From positions 62,001 through 126,000 of the forward strand of contig MU060807.1 in NCBI GenBank assembly GCA_013265495.1: 64,000 bases of DNA, read 5' to 3'. The notes beneath the pieces were generated by a model. The model saw only the letters and a list, made by a program, of their open reading frames with translations, was not told the origin of the DNA and did not search any database. Position 1 is the first letter of the stretch; each line of letters begins with the position of its first letter. This document shows, piece by piece, positions 22,331 to 33,658 of the stretch. This DNA comes from Vicugna vicugna. Its lineage: Eukaryota. The translations under genes were made by a program, and so were the position numbers.

Positions 22331-23334
22331 GCAGCCTGAGTGGCCTGGGGCAGGGTCAGCCCTGGTGGACGTGTACTCTTCTGTTGCTTAAGTCTCCACA
22401 TATGTTAAATCCAGAAAAAGAATTGCTAAAATAAGGTCACAAAATGTGTCATTTATCTTAAATATTTCCATTTAGCAAATTAACAATTTAAACCCATGCT
22501 TGAGCAAATGCAGTGTAATTGTGCTATTCGCAAGCTGATGACGGGGATTTATTTTAATTTAGAGCTGAAAGTGTACATTGGAGGCCCTGCCTGAGCAGCT
22601 CCTCAGGGCCTGGCAGGGGCTGGGGTGCCCTAGCCAGTGGCCGGCGGGGAGTGGGGGTGGGCAGAGAGGTCAGCGCCCCTCCGGGCCTGGGTGTCCAGAG
22701 TCTTTGGGGCCTCCCGAGTCTCTCGGTGCCAGCTCTGCTGGTTTCCAGATCCTGTAAATAAAGCACTGACCCCCCATTTATCTACCCGCTGCCCGGCCCT
22801 GTGGCTGGCATCCAGCCAGGGGCCCCCACCCTTCTTTCGCTGAAGGGCTGTTACTTACCCATCTTCTTCCTCCCTCCTCCTTGGAAACTGCTAGAGCCTT
22901 TGGAGGACTCTGTGTCACCCCTGGGCCGGGGACTGGAGGATCCAACAGCAGAGAGAGGCAGCTTCCCAAGGCCCCTCTGGCACCGCTGGCTGTGCCCCGG
23001 TGGCCTGGGTGGAGCTGGGCTTGAGGAGGCTGCGGGGCCGACTGGGAGAATCTAGAGCAAGAAACCCGGACAGGAGACAACACAGCTGTACGAGGGAGAC
23101 AGAGGACCCACCAATGGGCCCTCCCTCTGAGGGTGCAGGCCGACCCTGACCCCGGGTTCTGAGCAGGCTTGGGGTGAGGGTGCCAGCACAGGAGTGGGTG
23201 AGAGGTCAGAAGACTGTGAGTCACTACCAGACCCATGTGCAATGCGGCGCTGAGACACGCACCCCCTCCGGATCGGCACTGCCTTACAGGGTACTTGATG
23301 GAGACCCCAGAGAAGGTGGGGAGGGGGAGCCAGC

Positions 23335-23445
23335 ATTTCATTGCCTTGTGCCTGGCACTGCTCTCTCTTGAGTTTCCCAGTAGCCCCAGGATGTAGGCTG
23401 TGAGCCCATTTTACAGAAGAGGAAAACTGAGGCACAGAGCAGCCT
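23335..23445 (-). mobile_element. MIR
   Basis: gtgcctggcactg...cccattttacagaagaggaaaactgaggcacagag. Confidence 0.75.
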
Positions 23446-23635
23446 CAGTTGAAGGATGATGGAGAAGATGGAGGTTGGGGGAGACGTACCTATCTTGCCC
23501 AGGTGGCCACAACCAGGACCTGGGACCCCTCGCAGGGCCCCCACCCAGCTTGGCTCCCTGGGCTTCCATGTGGTCACTATTTTGAGGGTGTTTCTAGGCT
23601 CCCAGAGAGCAAGGATTTCAGTCCCTTCCCCTTAT

Positions 23636-23780
23636 GATTTTTCCAACAGCTCTGTTGGGTATAATTTGCATGTCATAACACTCACCCGCTGTAAGATATA
23701 CAATGCAGTGACTTGTAAGAAACACATACACTGCAGAGACAGAACTTCACCACCAGAAAAGCTTCTTGGCAACTTCCCTT
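23636..23780 (-). mobile_element. L1M 3' end fragment
   Basis: aacagctctgttgggtataatttgcatgtcataacactcacccgctgtaag..tacaatgcagtga. Confidence 0.6.
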
Positions 23781-24434
23781 GGCCCCAGACCTGGCTTGGG
23801 GCAGCCCTGGCAGGAGGGGTGGGTGGGCTCTGAGCAGCTCGGGGCTTTCCTCAGGCAGATGAGGACCAAGAACCTGCTCGCCTAGTTCTGGTGCACACTC
23901 TCGGGGGCCGGGCCTCCTACCCCTGGACCGCAGCACCAGGGTGTTCGAAGTCACAGACTCTGCTCTCCCTGGGGACCTCCTGAACCCCTCCACCCTCTTC
24001 CGCAGCCTCGCCTCCCTGTGGGTGGCTCAAGGACTCCCCTACATCCATGGCTCAGAGCTAAGCCGACTTAATTCTTTTGATCTTAGTTTGGAAATCAGCC
24101 CCTCCAGCCATTCCCGCTGCTGCTTTGCTAAGTCTTCGGGGCCCGAGTCGGAACCCTGGCTGCCAGCACCTCACAGTGGGCTCCCCTGGCACCTGCCTTG
24201 ACCTCCTTTCTGGAGCACAGCCCCCGCTGTGGGCCTGCTGGGCACCCTCCAGGTGGCTATGCCGGGGTGGAGCCCCAGGAATGCAGAAGGGTGGGCCCCT
24301 CCTGGGGTCTGCTTGGCACTGGGCCTCCCTCGTCCCACCTGGGCTCGGGGTTTGCCCTGCCAGGCCCTGTGAGGAACAGGCTGGGGCACGTGGGCGAAGC
24401 GCAGGTTCGTAGCCAGTTCTACCTGTTCCCATCA

Positions 24435-24525
24435 TAGCTCTGCCAGGTGCTGAGTGCAGAACTCTGCAACAGATCATCCACTGCCCTGGGCCTCAGTTTC
24501 CCTGTCAGTAAACCTGGGGTCTGTG
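24435..24525 (+). mobile_element. MIR fragment
   Basis: ctgggcctcagtttccctgtcagtaaa. Confidence 0.5.
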
Positions 24526-27500
24526 GGACGTCTTTCCTCCCCTGCGGGGCAGGCGCCTGGCCCCCAAGTCACGACTCAGCCCCTAATGACTTCTGACCTC
24601 ACCTAACTTCTAGAAGCCAGGGGCAGCGGAGTACCCTGGGTACAGACCCCCGGTCAAGCCAGAGAGCAGGGCTCAGACAGTCTCCCCAGCTGATGCCCAA
24701 GGAGCCAGCAGTGACCTCATAGCCAAAGCCAGAATTCCTCCTGGAGCCTGGAGCCAGCAAATGGGACCGGAATAGGAACTGGCTGTAAAGTTCTTCCCAC
24801 ACTGCTGCTCCGGGGGGGATGCGGGGGGATCCGTGGCCGCCCGCCCTCTGCCCCCCAGGAGGGAGGGGACCCCACCCGTGCCCCCGTCGGAGCCCGCCCC
24901 CTCCCAGGCTTCCCCACGCCCGCTCTGAAATGAGAACCAGAGGAGCCTGGCAGTTCATTTGTGAGCTGCATTGTGTTGGGGGCTCTTAATTAGACCTGAT
25001 TAGACTAATTAACTTTCAGATGAGAACCTGAATTATTTTCCTCCTCTTGCTCTCTTCCTGTTGCTTTCTCCTCATTCCCCTTTTGGAAAGTGAAACAAGG
25101 ATAAATATTTGAATGGCTCGCCGCAGCCTAGGAGGTGGACGCAGGCCCGGTGGGCTGGAGGCAGACGGCCCTGCAGGGCTGAGGGCGTGTGCTGCCCCTC
25201 CCTCCCTCCCCCCTCCCCGTCTCAGCTTGGCTGTGTTGCTCTGGGGCCCATGTCATGGCATACTTCACCCTGGTTCTAGGAAGATTGGGATGTGGCGGGT
25301 CTTGCCTTTAGCGGATGAAGTGCATTTTGTTTCTGGTGCAAAGAGTGGTAGATGAGAGAGACGCTGGGTCCCTTGGGTGAGACTGAGACAGGGAGAAGAG
25401 AGTGAAGAGAGCTCCGGGCGCTGCCTGCCCACCAGCTCACTCCGACCCGCCCGCGCCCCCGCCGCTGGCTCCCACCCCATAGTGCGGAGAGGCTGCTTTC
25501 TGTGTTCTGACCCCGGCCCTGCAGGCCAGGCCACTGGCAGTGCTAGCTTCCTTGGCAAAGGTGGCCATTCCCAAGGCATTAATTCTGCAGCACCTCCCTG
25601 CCCCCAGACTGGAGGGGTGACATGTGCCCATCCCCCAGGAGGGGATCTGAACAGGTGGACAGTGCCCTGTCCTCCCCCCAGAGGGTGGGCCACCCAGCCA
25701 CTCGCTCTCCTTGTCCGTCAGGGGCAGACCAGCACCTGCGTCTGGGGGAGTTTGAGAGTTAAATCGAATGGTCCCATGAGGAAATCAGCCTGGAGCCGCT
25801 GGCCTGTCTCCGCTCAGACATGGCCTCGACACCTTTCCCGCGGTGAGCATTCCAGCGAAGCCCACCCCTCCTGGAGGTTCTCCCCCTCACCTCATCTCAC
25901 TCCCCAGACCCTGACGGGGAAGAATTCCTGACACCAACACCTCCAGCTTTCTTACTGATTTCCCCTCTGCCTCCGACCGTCCCAGCTGCTGGGATGATGG
26001 CCCGAGGTGGGCCCTGCCAGCGGAGGTGGGCGGGAAGCTGCATCTGCTGACGTTCTAGAACTTGTGTGCTCAGGTGGCAGGGTCGGGGGCAGGCCCCATC
26101 CATCCTCGTAGCCCGGTCCCCTCTGTGCGGCCCCAGCCCGTTTGCCTGGCTCAGCAGAAGGGTCTGGCTTCGGTGAAAGCTTCAAGGAGGCATGGGCAGA
26201 GTGGGCTGCAGTAGGCTTGTGTGGACTCCGTCTGGCCCGTGGCGGCCCGCTGCACCTGGGCAAGGAGGGGCTGAACACAGGGAAACTGCTTATGCATCAG
26301 GTGGCCCCTGGCAGTGGACCTGGGGAAAGCGGGGCACCCTGTCTGCAAGGCTCCTGCATCGGCTGAGCAGGAAGCAGGCTGGCACAGGTGGCCACTGGGG
26401 CCTCCCTCTCCCTCTGCGCCTTCCCCCTCCCCAGGCAGCCTTGAACCCCAGGTGTACGTAGGCACCGGCGGGGAAGGAGCCCAGATCCCAGGCCACCTTC
26501 TTCCTTTTCAAATCCTGCCTGCCAGCTCTTGAATTCCGGTGACTTGTTATCTTGCCTGGATCTCCTCAGAAGGACGTTCTCCTGCGTGACGGAAGGTGCC
26601 CCTGCAGCTCAGAGTCAGAAAGAGGCTGTGCAGGGTGCCCCCGGGCCACTCCACAGAGCCATGCTCCAGTAGGCTCGAACCTTGGTTCCTGGGTTCCCGG
26701 GTTCCCCCAACGCTGAGTGTTGACGCCTTCTCTTGACGCCCAGCGTACTAAGGGTCCATGGCTAGCGCGAGCTGAGAGGGCAGGGCCAGGCGGCCTCTTC
26801 CCCCAGAAGGGCCCCCCACTTGGGGCCTGCTGCTGTCCCCTCGCAGAGTTTAGTGACAGGCTGCAGCCCTGGGTCTAATGCAGTGGCTCAGGAATGCGTC
26901 TGAAACTTGGCTCAGCCAGCGCATGCACAGGCCCTGAGGAGGGGCTGCAGGGCCAGAGGAGGGTAGGGGGAGAGGCAGCCATGCTGGGTGAGCTGTGCTG
27001 AGCCCGGGATGAGGGGGTTCTGCTTTTCCCTCCTGGCTTAAGCCTCTCCGTTATGGGGTGGAGTAGCATGGGGACCCCGCAATTTCAGTCCCTAGCTGTC
27101 ACGCTCTCTCCTCCAGGCAGCCCCCACCTGCCTGCCCTTGCTCAGGAACGTCCCCTCAAACTCTCCTGCACAAACCTCTATCCCCCTGGCGACTTCCTCC
27201 CACCCCAGGTGGCACCAGGGATGCTCTGAAACACTGCAGTTTGAGAACCGCCAGATCAAGAAAGCGTGGTTTTTCCATCCTAGCCGCCTGCGTTTCCTCT
27301 GTTCTCTGCTCCCCCTCCTGCACTGCCTCACCTGGACCCTCCCTGGCCTGCTCTTGGCCTGCCTGCCTGACCCTCCACCCCCTGCAGACCCTCGGCCTCA
27401 CCTGCCAGGCCTGACTCTGCGTTCCCACCTGCACCACCCACCTCATCCCGGGGCTCACAACTCAGTTCAAATGTCTGATTAGTCCTTAGGAGATCGAGGG

Positions 27501-28619
27501 GTCAATTTTCCACAGCTCCTTCCTCTCCATTTAACTAATTTAACTGCACGATTGTTACAAATTTCATTTTATTATAGCCCTGCTTCTCAGTCCAATTGAA
27601 TTACTAAAATCTCATTTTCTCAGAAGTGCTGAATATGTAATTAGAGGAAAAATTATGCTCCTGTCTGCCTATTAGGACAGTTCATGCGTGTGTGAGCCGT
27701 GTGACATGTGACGGCCACATGGACATCCTGTGTGCAGTGGGCTTGGCCAGAGACAGGCAGAGGCGGGTGGACGCTCACCAGGCTAGAGGCAAGGGTGTCT
27801 GATGTCTGCGCCCAGCAGGGCGGCCCAGGCCAGTCCCTGTGGGTGAAAACGTGTGTGTGCAGGCAGCCCCCATGACTGCAAGAGGGGAAAACCGCATTAA
27901 CTCCCCGATTACAAATTAAACGGTATCTGAGGGCCATTGTAATTAAAGCGGAATTCGATTCCATTCTAACGCCCCATTATGCCGGGCTCTGCGAGGTGAG
28001 GCTGGGCTGCTGCAGCTGGTTTGATGGGACCCAAGGTTACAGGGAGTGGAGCATCGGCCGAGGTTTGTCCTCCTTCCCCAGCCCTGGGTTCTCAGCAGGG
28101 CAGCTGGGGAGGAGGGCTGGGAGCTCTGCCCCGCTCTGCCTAGTCCCTGGAATTTCCTCCCATTGCTGCTCCCAGAGGGCTCGCTGTGGAGGCGGCAAGG
28201 TCTCCTTGGGCAGCTGGCTTTGATGTTGTGTCCGCTGCCCACACTGCAGGGGGCCCTGGTCCCTGATAGTGTGCCAGTCAGTGGGGGAGGGGCCACTTGG
28301 GAAGAAAGAAGGGGGTGGGGTCTTCAGGCTGAAGCTGCTGGAGCGAAGCTTAAGTTTTGGGGACAAAGCCCTTTGTTCCCCACGTGCCCCAGAGGGGTGT
28401 TGGGCTGCAGTGGGACTCTGTCCAAAACGGGTGAGCTGGTCTGCAAAGACCAGTGAGATGGGATTGGGGTGCGCGCCGCAGCTGTCGGGGGTTTCCAGGC
28501 CTCTCTCAGGTTTCTGGGGGCTGGGGTTCACTGGCAGCAAAAGAAGGGCTTCTTGGGGGTGCTCAGTGCCCTCCCCCAACCTGGCCCTGCACCTGGGCTC
28601 CAGGAGCGCCAGCATCTGT

Positions 28620-28900
28620 ACGTCTTTCCCTCGTGACTTGACCTCTGCTGGCCCCTGTCTTGACCCTCCCTCTACTCCCTCCTACACATCTGTCAAGGTT
28701 CTGGCAGAGCCACCTCTTCCAGGGAGCCTCCCTGAATGCCCCAGGCCAGGTGACCTCATTGCCTGGCTTCCGCTGTCCTCCCACAGCTTCACATTATCTG
28801 CAGAAGGACTGTAGGTCTGGCTGAGCTGTAAATTCCTGGAGGGCCAGGGCCGGATAGGAGTCTTATTCAGTGCCCAGCTCAAGAGTGGCTCTCAACTGCT
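28620..28900 (+). mobile_element. LINE2 fragment
   Basis: ccacctcttccagggagcctccctga...gctgtaaattcctggagggccaggg...gtcttattcagtgcccagc. Confidence 0.55.
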
Positions 28901-29549
28901 GCCCCCCGACTGCTCTGTGGGTCTCCCATTGTCCTCAGAGTTCTCTACAAGAGGAGTGGCAGAGGGGATGGGGTGGTGGTGACCAGGGAGCCCAGGCTGG
29001 CTCCAGGCTGTGTGCACAGGCAGGAGGGGCAGCGGCAGACACTGGTCCTGCCGTTTACCCAGATGTCACCACCTTGGCCTCGCCCTGCCCACAGGTCCAC
29101 AGAGGGTGCGTCCAGCTCCCATCCCTGCAACCTGAGGTCCCTGCACCCTCTGCGCGCTCATGTGCTCAGGCCTCTGCGCCGATTCAGGTGCCAACAGGGC
29201 CTCGGGTCTACCCCTCACCTGTGCCGGGGAAGCCAGGCTCGGCAGGGCCTGCCCTGGCTGCAGGCCGCCCACCTCGTACGGTGTCTGGAGAGCGTCACGC
29301 GTAAGATTTCCTCCCGCCTGTAACTGTGTCTGCTCCCTAATCCCCAGCTTTTTCTACTGGCTGCAGATCGTGGGAGAATCCCTCAGGGCCCCAGCTAGGA
29401 GCTCGCTTATCACTCCTGCGCAGCCCCGCAAAGTCAGCCCAGCTCAGGGCCGCCCACCACCCTCCCCAGGCCCAGGAGGCCCAGCAGATCCGTCTGTTTC
29501 CTCCGAGCTCAGAGAGGGCATGGGGGCGGCACTGCCAGGTGGGGACACA

Positions 29550-29760
29550 GGGATGTGCACACGCGTGTGAACCACACTTGCACGCCCCCCAGCTGAAGCC
29601 TCTGCACCATTTATCAGCTCTCTTGTAAGGGAGGTGGGAATGGGACCAGCCTGGGGCATGCGGGTGCGAGGGTGTGGGCGCGTGCACACGTGAATGTGTG
29701 TACTTGGAAGTGAATGACTGGGGAGGGGTGTGTCGCACACACGTGTATGAGTGTGAGGCC
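29550..29760 (+). repeat. Degenerate TG/CA alternating tract
   Basis: gtgcacacgcgtgtg...gcgtgcacacgtgaatgtgtgt...cacacacgtgtatgagtgtg. Confidence 0.65.
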
Positions 29761-31949
29761 GTGCACCTTCAGGCTGTGGCTTGTGGCAGCTGGGCCCCAG
29801 CTGAGCTCTGGGTGCTGGAGGGCGGGGTGTCTCGCCCCATCAGCCTCTTTGTCCGTCCGTTTTCTTGTCCCGCAGAAGCCAGTGTGGAGGAGGGCGTGTG
29901 CGGGTGTGCCCACTAGCATGCGGGCTGAGTCTGGCCTGGCCCTGGCCACTCACTCGAAATGAGCACAGACCCCCAAACCTCATCTCTCCTCCCGCCTGTG
30001 TTCCCTGGGGCCCCCCTCACCCTCCTGCCTGCTCCCTGTGGCCCCCTGGTCTCAGGCTGGTGGCGGGGGGGTTGGGAGGCTGGTCGGATGGATCAGCCCC
30101 AACACAGCCACTCAGGCCTTTCTCAGAGGGAGCTTACGTGGCTCCAGGCCCCCTCCTCCCTGGAGCTTGTTCCATCCTGGGGAGGGCTGCGAGGGAGTAT
30201 GCAAGGACTGGGGTCCCTCCTTTCCCCAGCAGGTGCCCTGGGTCCTTGCTGTCTTTTCCTGAGGCAGGGAGATCGGGAGGCAGGAACGGGAGGGCATCTC
30301 CCCTGAGGCCGGGCCCTGAAGCCCTGTGTCTCTGCAGTGTCACAGCTCAGCCTTCACAGCTCAGCCCATTCCTCAGGCAGTTGTCTTCCTCCCCTCCTCC
30401 CCCGCAGGCTACAGGTGGAGAGTGGGAGGGGTGCAGGGAGGCATCTTAGCCCCACTAGACAGCTGGGCAAACAGAGGCCCGGGGGAGTGCTTTGATACCT
30501 GCGGTCAACAAGGACCAGGGTCTGGCAGCTCCAGGCACCCCACATGGTGGGTCCGCCGCCCCTCTGCCTGATACCCTCCAAGTTCAGGGTAGGGTCCTGA
30601 GCCTGGCCCTGTGGATCTCTGTCCTTCCCATCCCGAGCTCCGCCCCTGCCGTGGTGTTTTCAGGCCCAAATGAACATCAAGCAGAGCGGGCAGGGGAGGA
30701 GCAGCTGTGGGTCTGGGATGTGTTGTTGGGGTGCACTGCCCTTTGCCTGGAGATCAGTGCAGGTGCTCGGGGTTGGTTCCCCGCAGTCCACTCCAAGGGT
30801 GGCCGTGGCTGTGTACTTTTCTTGGCCACAGCTGGCCCAAGCTCCGTCCCTGGGAGAGGCCCAGCTTCCTGCGGTGAGTGGTTTGGGTCGTGGGACGGAG
30901 TGGGATGCGCAGGTGCCAAATCTGAGCTCCTGGACTGCCCATGAGACCAGCCTTGTCTGGACCTCTGTGCCAGGTGACTCGAGCAGCTGGTCACCCTGCC
31001 TCACTGTACCCCATTGCCCCCTTCTCTTCTCCCGAGAGGGGAGGCTTAACCCCACCCTCCCTCCTTGCCCTCCACCCACCCACCTCTGGAGAGCAGCCAG
31101 CACCCCTCCCCAGCCCAGTCCTCCCGTCCTGCTGCAACCACGTCTCAGGCACCATGTTCTCAGAGTCTTGGGCCCCCGCTGGCCCCTTTGTGAGCAGGTG
31201 CTGATGGGCGTCCAGTTTGGCTGAGAGCAGAGGATGGGGGACCTATCCATGGTCCTTGAACTGGAAGGCAGTCATATTAGAAGACCTATTGCTCGTAGCC
31301 CTGGGCAGGGTCAGAGGGTCTGGAACTGGTAGGGAGGGTCCAGGGAGAAGTGCCCTGCTGCTCCCTGCGGGGGTCTGTCTGTCTGGGACAGCCCAGCCTC
31401 TCTGACCCAGATGCCGCCGGTTCCCTGAGTTCAGCTGAGACTGAGATGGCGTTTTCTGAGGAAGCTTTGCTGTACGACTGGAGGGAGCACCAGGAAGAGG
31501 GCCCCGGAGCCTGTTGCCCGCAAGTTCCCAGAGCCCCACCCTTGCCTTGGAGGCCGGGCTGGTGCACAGGCTGGTGTGGCTGCACTGGCTTGGGGGGGGC
31601 CTGGAGCTCCAGGGAGCCGGGGCTGGGGCGGGCCCTGCGTGTGGCCTGTTTGCCCGCACCTGCAGGGGAGGTGAGGAGCAGCTGCCCGGTGGCAGCTTTG
31701 CTCCTGGGCCCTCCACACAGTGTCTGCCTCCGAGTCTTTTCTCAGCCGATGCCCTGGCAGCCCCAGGTGGGCTCGCCCAGTCCCGGGCGGTGTCGGCCAC
31801 TGAGCCAGGAGCCGCCCCGGCCTCCAGCATGGTCGTCTGCGTCTCAGACCCCGACCCGCACATCGCAGCTCCCGCTGCCCGCCTGCTGCAGAGAAGCCCC
31901 ACGAGCCAGCCCGTCAGAGCTCTTTCCGTCTGTTCAGTCACTCACTCTC

Positions 31950-32430
31950 ACCATGGCCCTTTGTTCTCCCATTTTACAGTAGAGGAAGCTGGGGACACAG
32001 GCGGCCTGCCTGGGGTGGCCTGGTCGGTGGCTGTGTTAGTTTGCCACAGAACGAGCAGCCTAGACGAGCAGTCTCCCGTCTGGAGGCTGGACATCCGAGA
32101 TTCAGGGGTGTTCCCCCCGAGGCCTCTCTCCTGGGCGTGGAGACGGCCGTCTTCTCCCCGTGCCCTCACGTGGTCGTCCTTCTGTGCCTGTCTGTGTCCT
32201 GATCTCGTCTCATAAGGACACCAGTCATGTTGCATTAGGCCCACCCGCGCGACTGCATTTAACCTTAATTACCTCTTTGAAGACCCCGCCTCCAAATACA
32301 GCCACCTTGTACGGAGCTGCGGGCTGGGACTTGACACGTGAATTTGGGGGGATGCAGTTCAGGCAGTGACAGTGGCAGGGGCAGCTCCAACCCCGTCTGA
32401 GCTCAGAGTCACCCCCTTGTACTGCCTCCC
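31950..32430 (-). mobile_element. MIR split by the MLT1A LTR (31950-32031 and 32372-32430)
   Basis: 'cccattttacagtagaggaagctggggacacag' before the LTR, 'gtggcagg...gtctgagctcagagtc...tactgcctcc' after it. Confidence 0.7.
32032..32371 (-). mobile_element. MaLR solo LTR, MLT1A/MLT1A0-type, inserted into a MIR
   Basis: TG...CA termini, hallmark 'cataaggacaccagtcat..ttaggcccacc..ttaattacctctttgaagacc..ccaaataca', perfect 5-bp TSD GTGGC (32027-32031 and 32372-32376). Confidence 0.9.
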
Positions 32431-33436
32431 AGCCGTGCGATGGCCATAAACAGCAGCAGTCATCAACGCCACCCCAGGCTGCTCACTGTGGCTGCGTGGG
32501 GTGGTGGAGGTGGGCAGTCTGGACCTGTGACAACTGCCTGGGAGGGACAGCTCCCACCCTGGCCTTGGCCTGGCCGCATCACACCCTCCCCTGAAAGATG
32601 GGGCTGGGGGCGGGGCGTGCTCAGGGCCCAGCGTGTCCGAGCTCTTACAAGGACTCGTGGGGGCCTGGCCTGAGCACACCTCATCCCCCAGGGCCTCACA
32701 CGTTACCAGGCCGAGTCCCACAGGGACATTAGTAAATGCCAGTTTCTGCTCTGAGTTTGACTGACCCGGGTGGAGCCAGCATCTCTGGGCCCCTGGCAGG
32801 CCCCCTCAGCGGGTCCTGATGCAGGTGTTCCTCAGGCCTCAGAAGCAGAGATGCTGCTGTCAGTGTTTGTAGAATGGGCAAGTGAGCATCTGGTGGCCCC
32901 GTGGAGCCTAGAAAGGAGAAGGGGCAGACCTGGTGGCAGAGGGGAGGGACAGTTGTCAGCTGAGGTCCAGAAGAAAGGCTCTCTGCCAGGAGTCGGTTGA
33001 CTTCCAAGCCGCAAGGGCCAGCTGCAGACTGGACAGTGCCCAGGTGAGAGTGAGGACAGACAGACGGGGGGATGTGGGGTGGGACACCAAGGGAGCGAGG
33101 ACAGACAGGGCACGAGGCGGGAGAGAGAAAGAAGGGGAGGGTCTCCCCGGGTGCTTGCGCCCTTCAGCCCCGCCCCCCGCCCCCTGGCCCCAGCTGGCAC
33201 TGGGGGAAGGGGCCGCTCCCCTTGCTGGGGAGACCGCAGGCCGGACAGTGCGGCTCTGTGGTTCACCAGGAATGAAATTCACTCTCACCCGGTGACCACA
33301 GGGGAGGCGGACGCCGCCAGCCAAGGGCACAGAGTCCCCGTGTTCTCTCACTCGGACTCCGGCGGAAGGGCCAGCTCCCAGCCCCGGGGCTGGAGGAGTC
33401 CCGCAGGCCAGTGCGTCCCAGTCCTGCTGTCCAGCT

Positions 33437-33658
33437 CAGGAGTCCGCAGACCCGCTCCGCAAAGGACCGGCCCGAACGTGGGTTGGACTTTGTGAGTTGT
33501 GCAGCCTCTGGCTTGGCTCCTCCGCCCCGCGGCCACAGCGTGGGAGCAGCCCTCCACTGTGTGAGTGAACGGGCGGGGCCGGGTTCTAATAAAACTTTAT
33601 TTACGTGAACAAGCAGTGGGCCCCATCTGCCCCGCGGTCTCTAGCTTGTTGACCCCTG
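33437..33658 (-). mobile_element. MER58A (hAT-Charlie MITE)
   Basis: 222 bp; 'ttctaataaaactttatttac...gttgacccctg'; CAGG..CCTG ends; perfect 8-bp TSD GTCCAGCT (33429-33436, 33659-33666). Confidence 0.85.
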
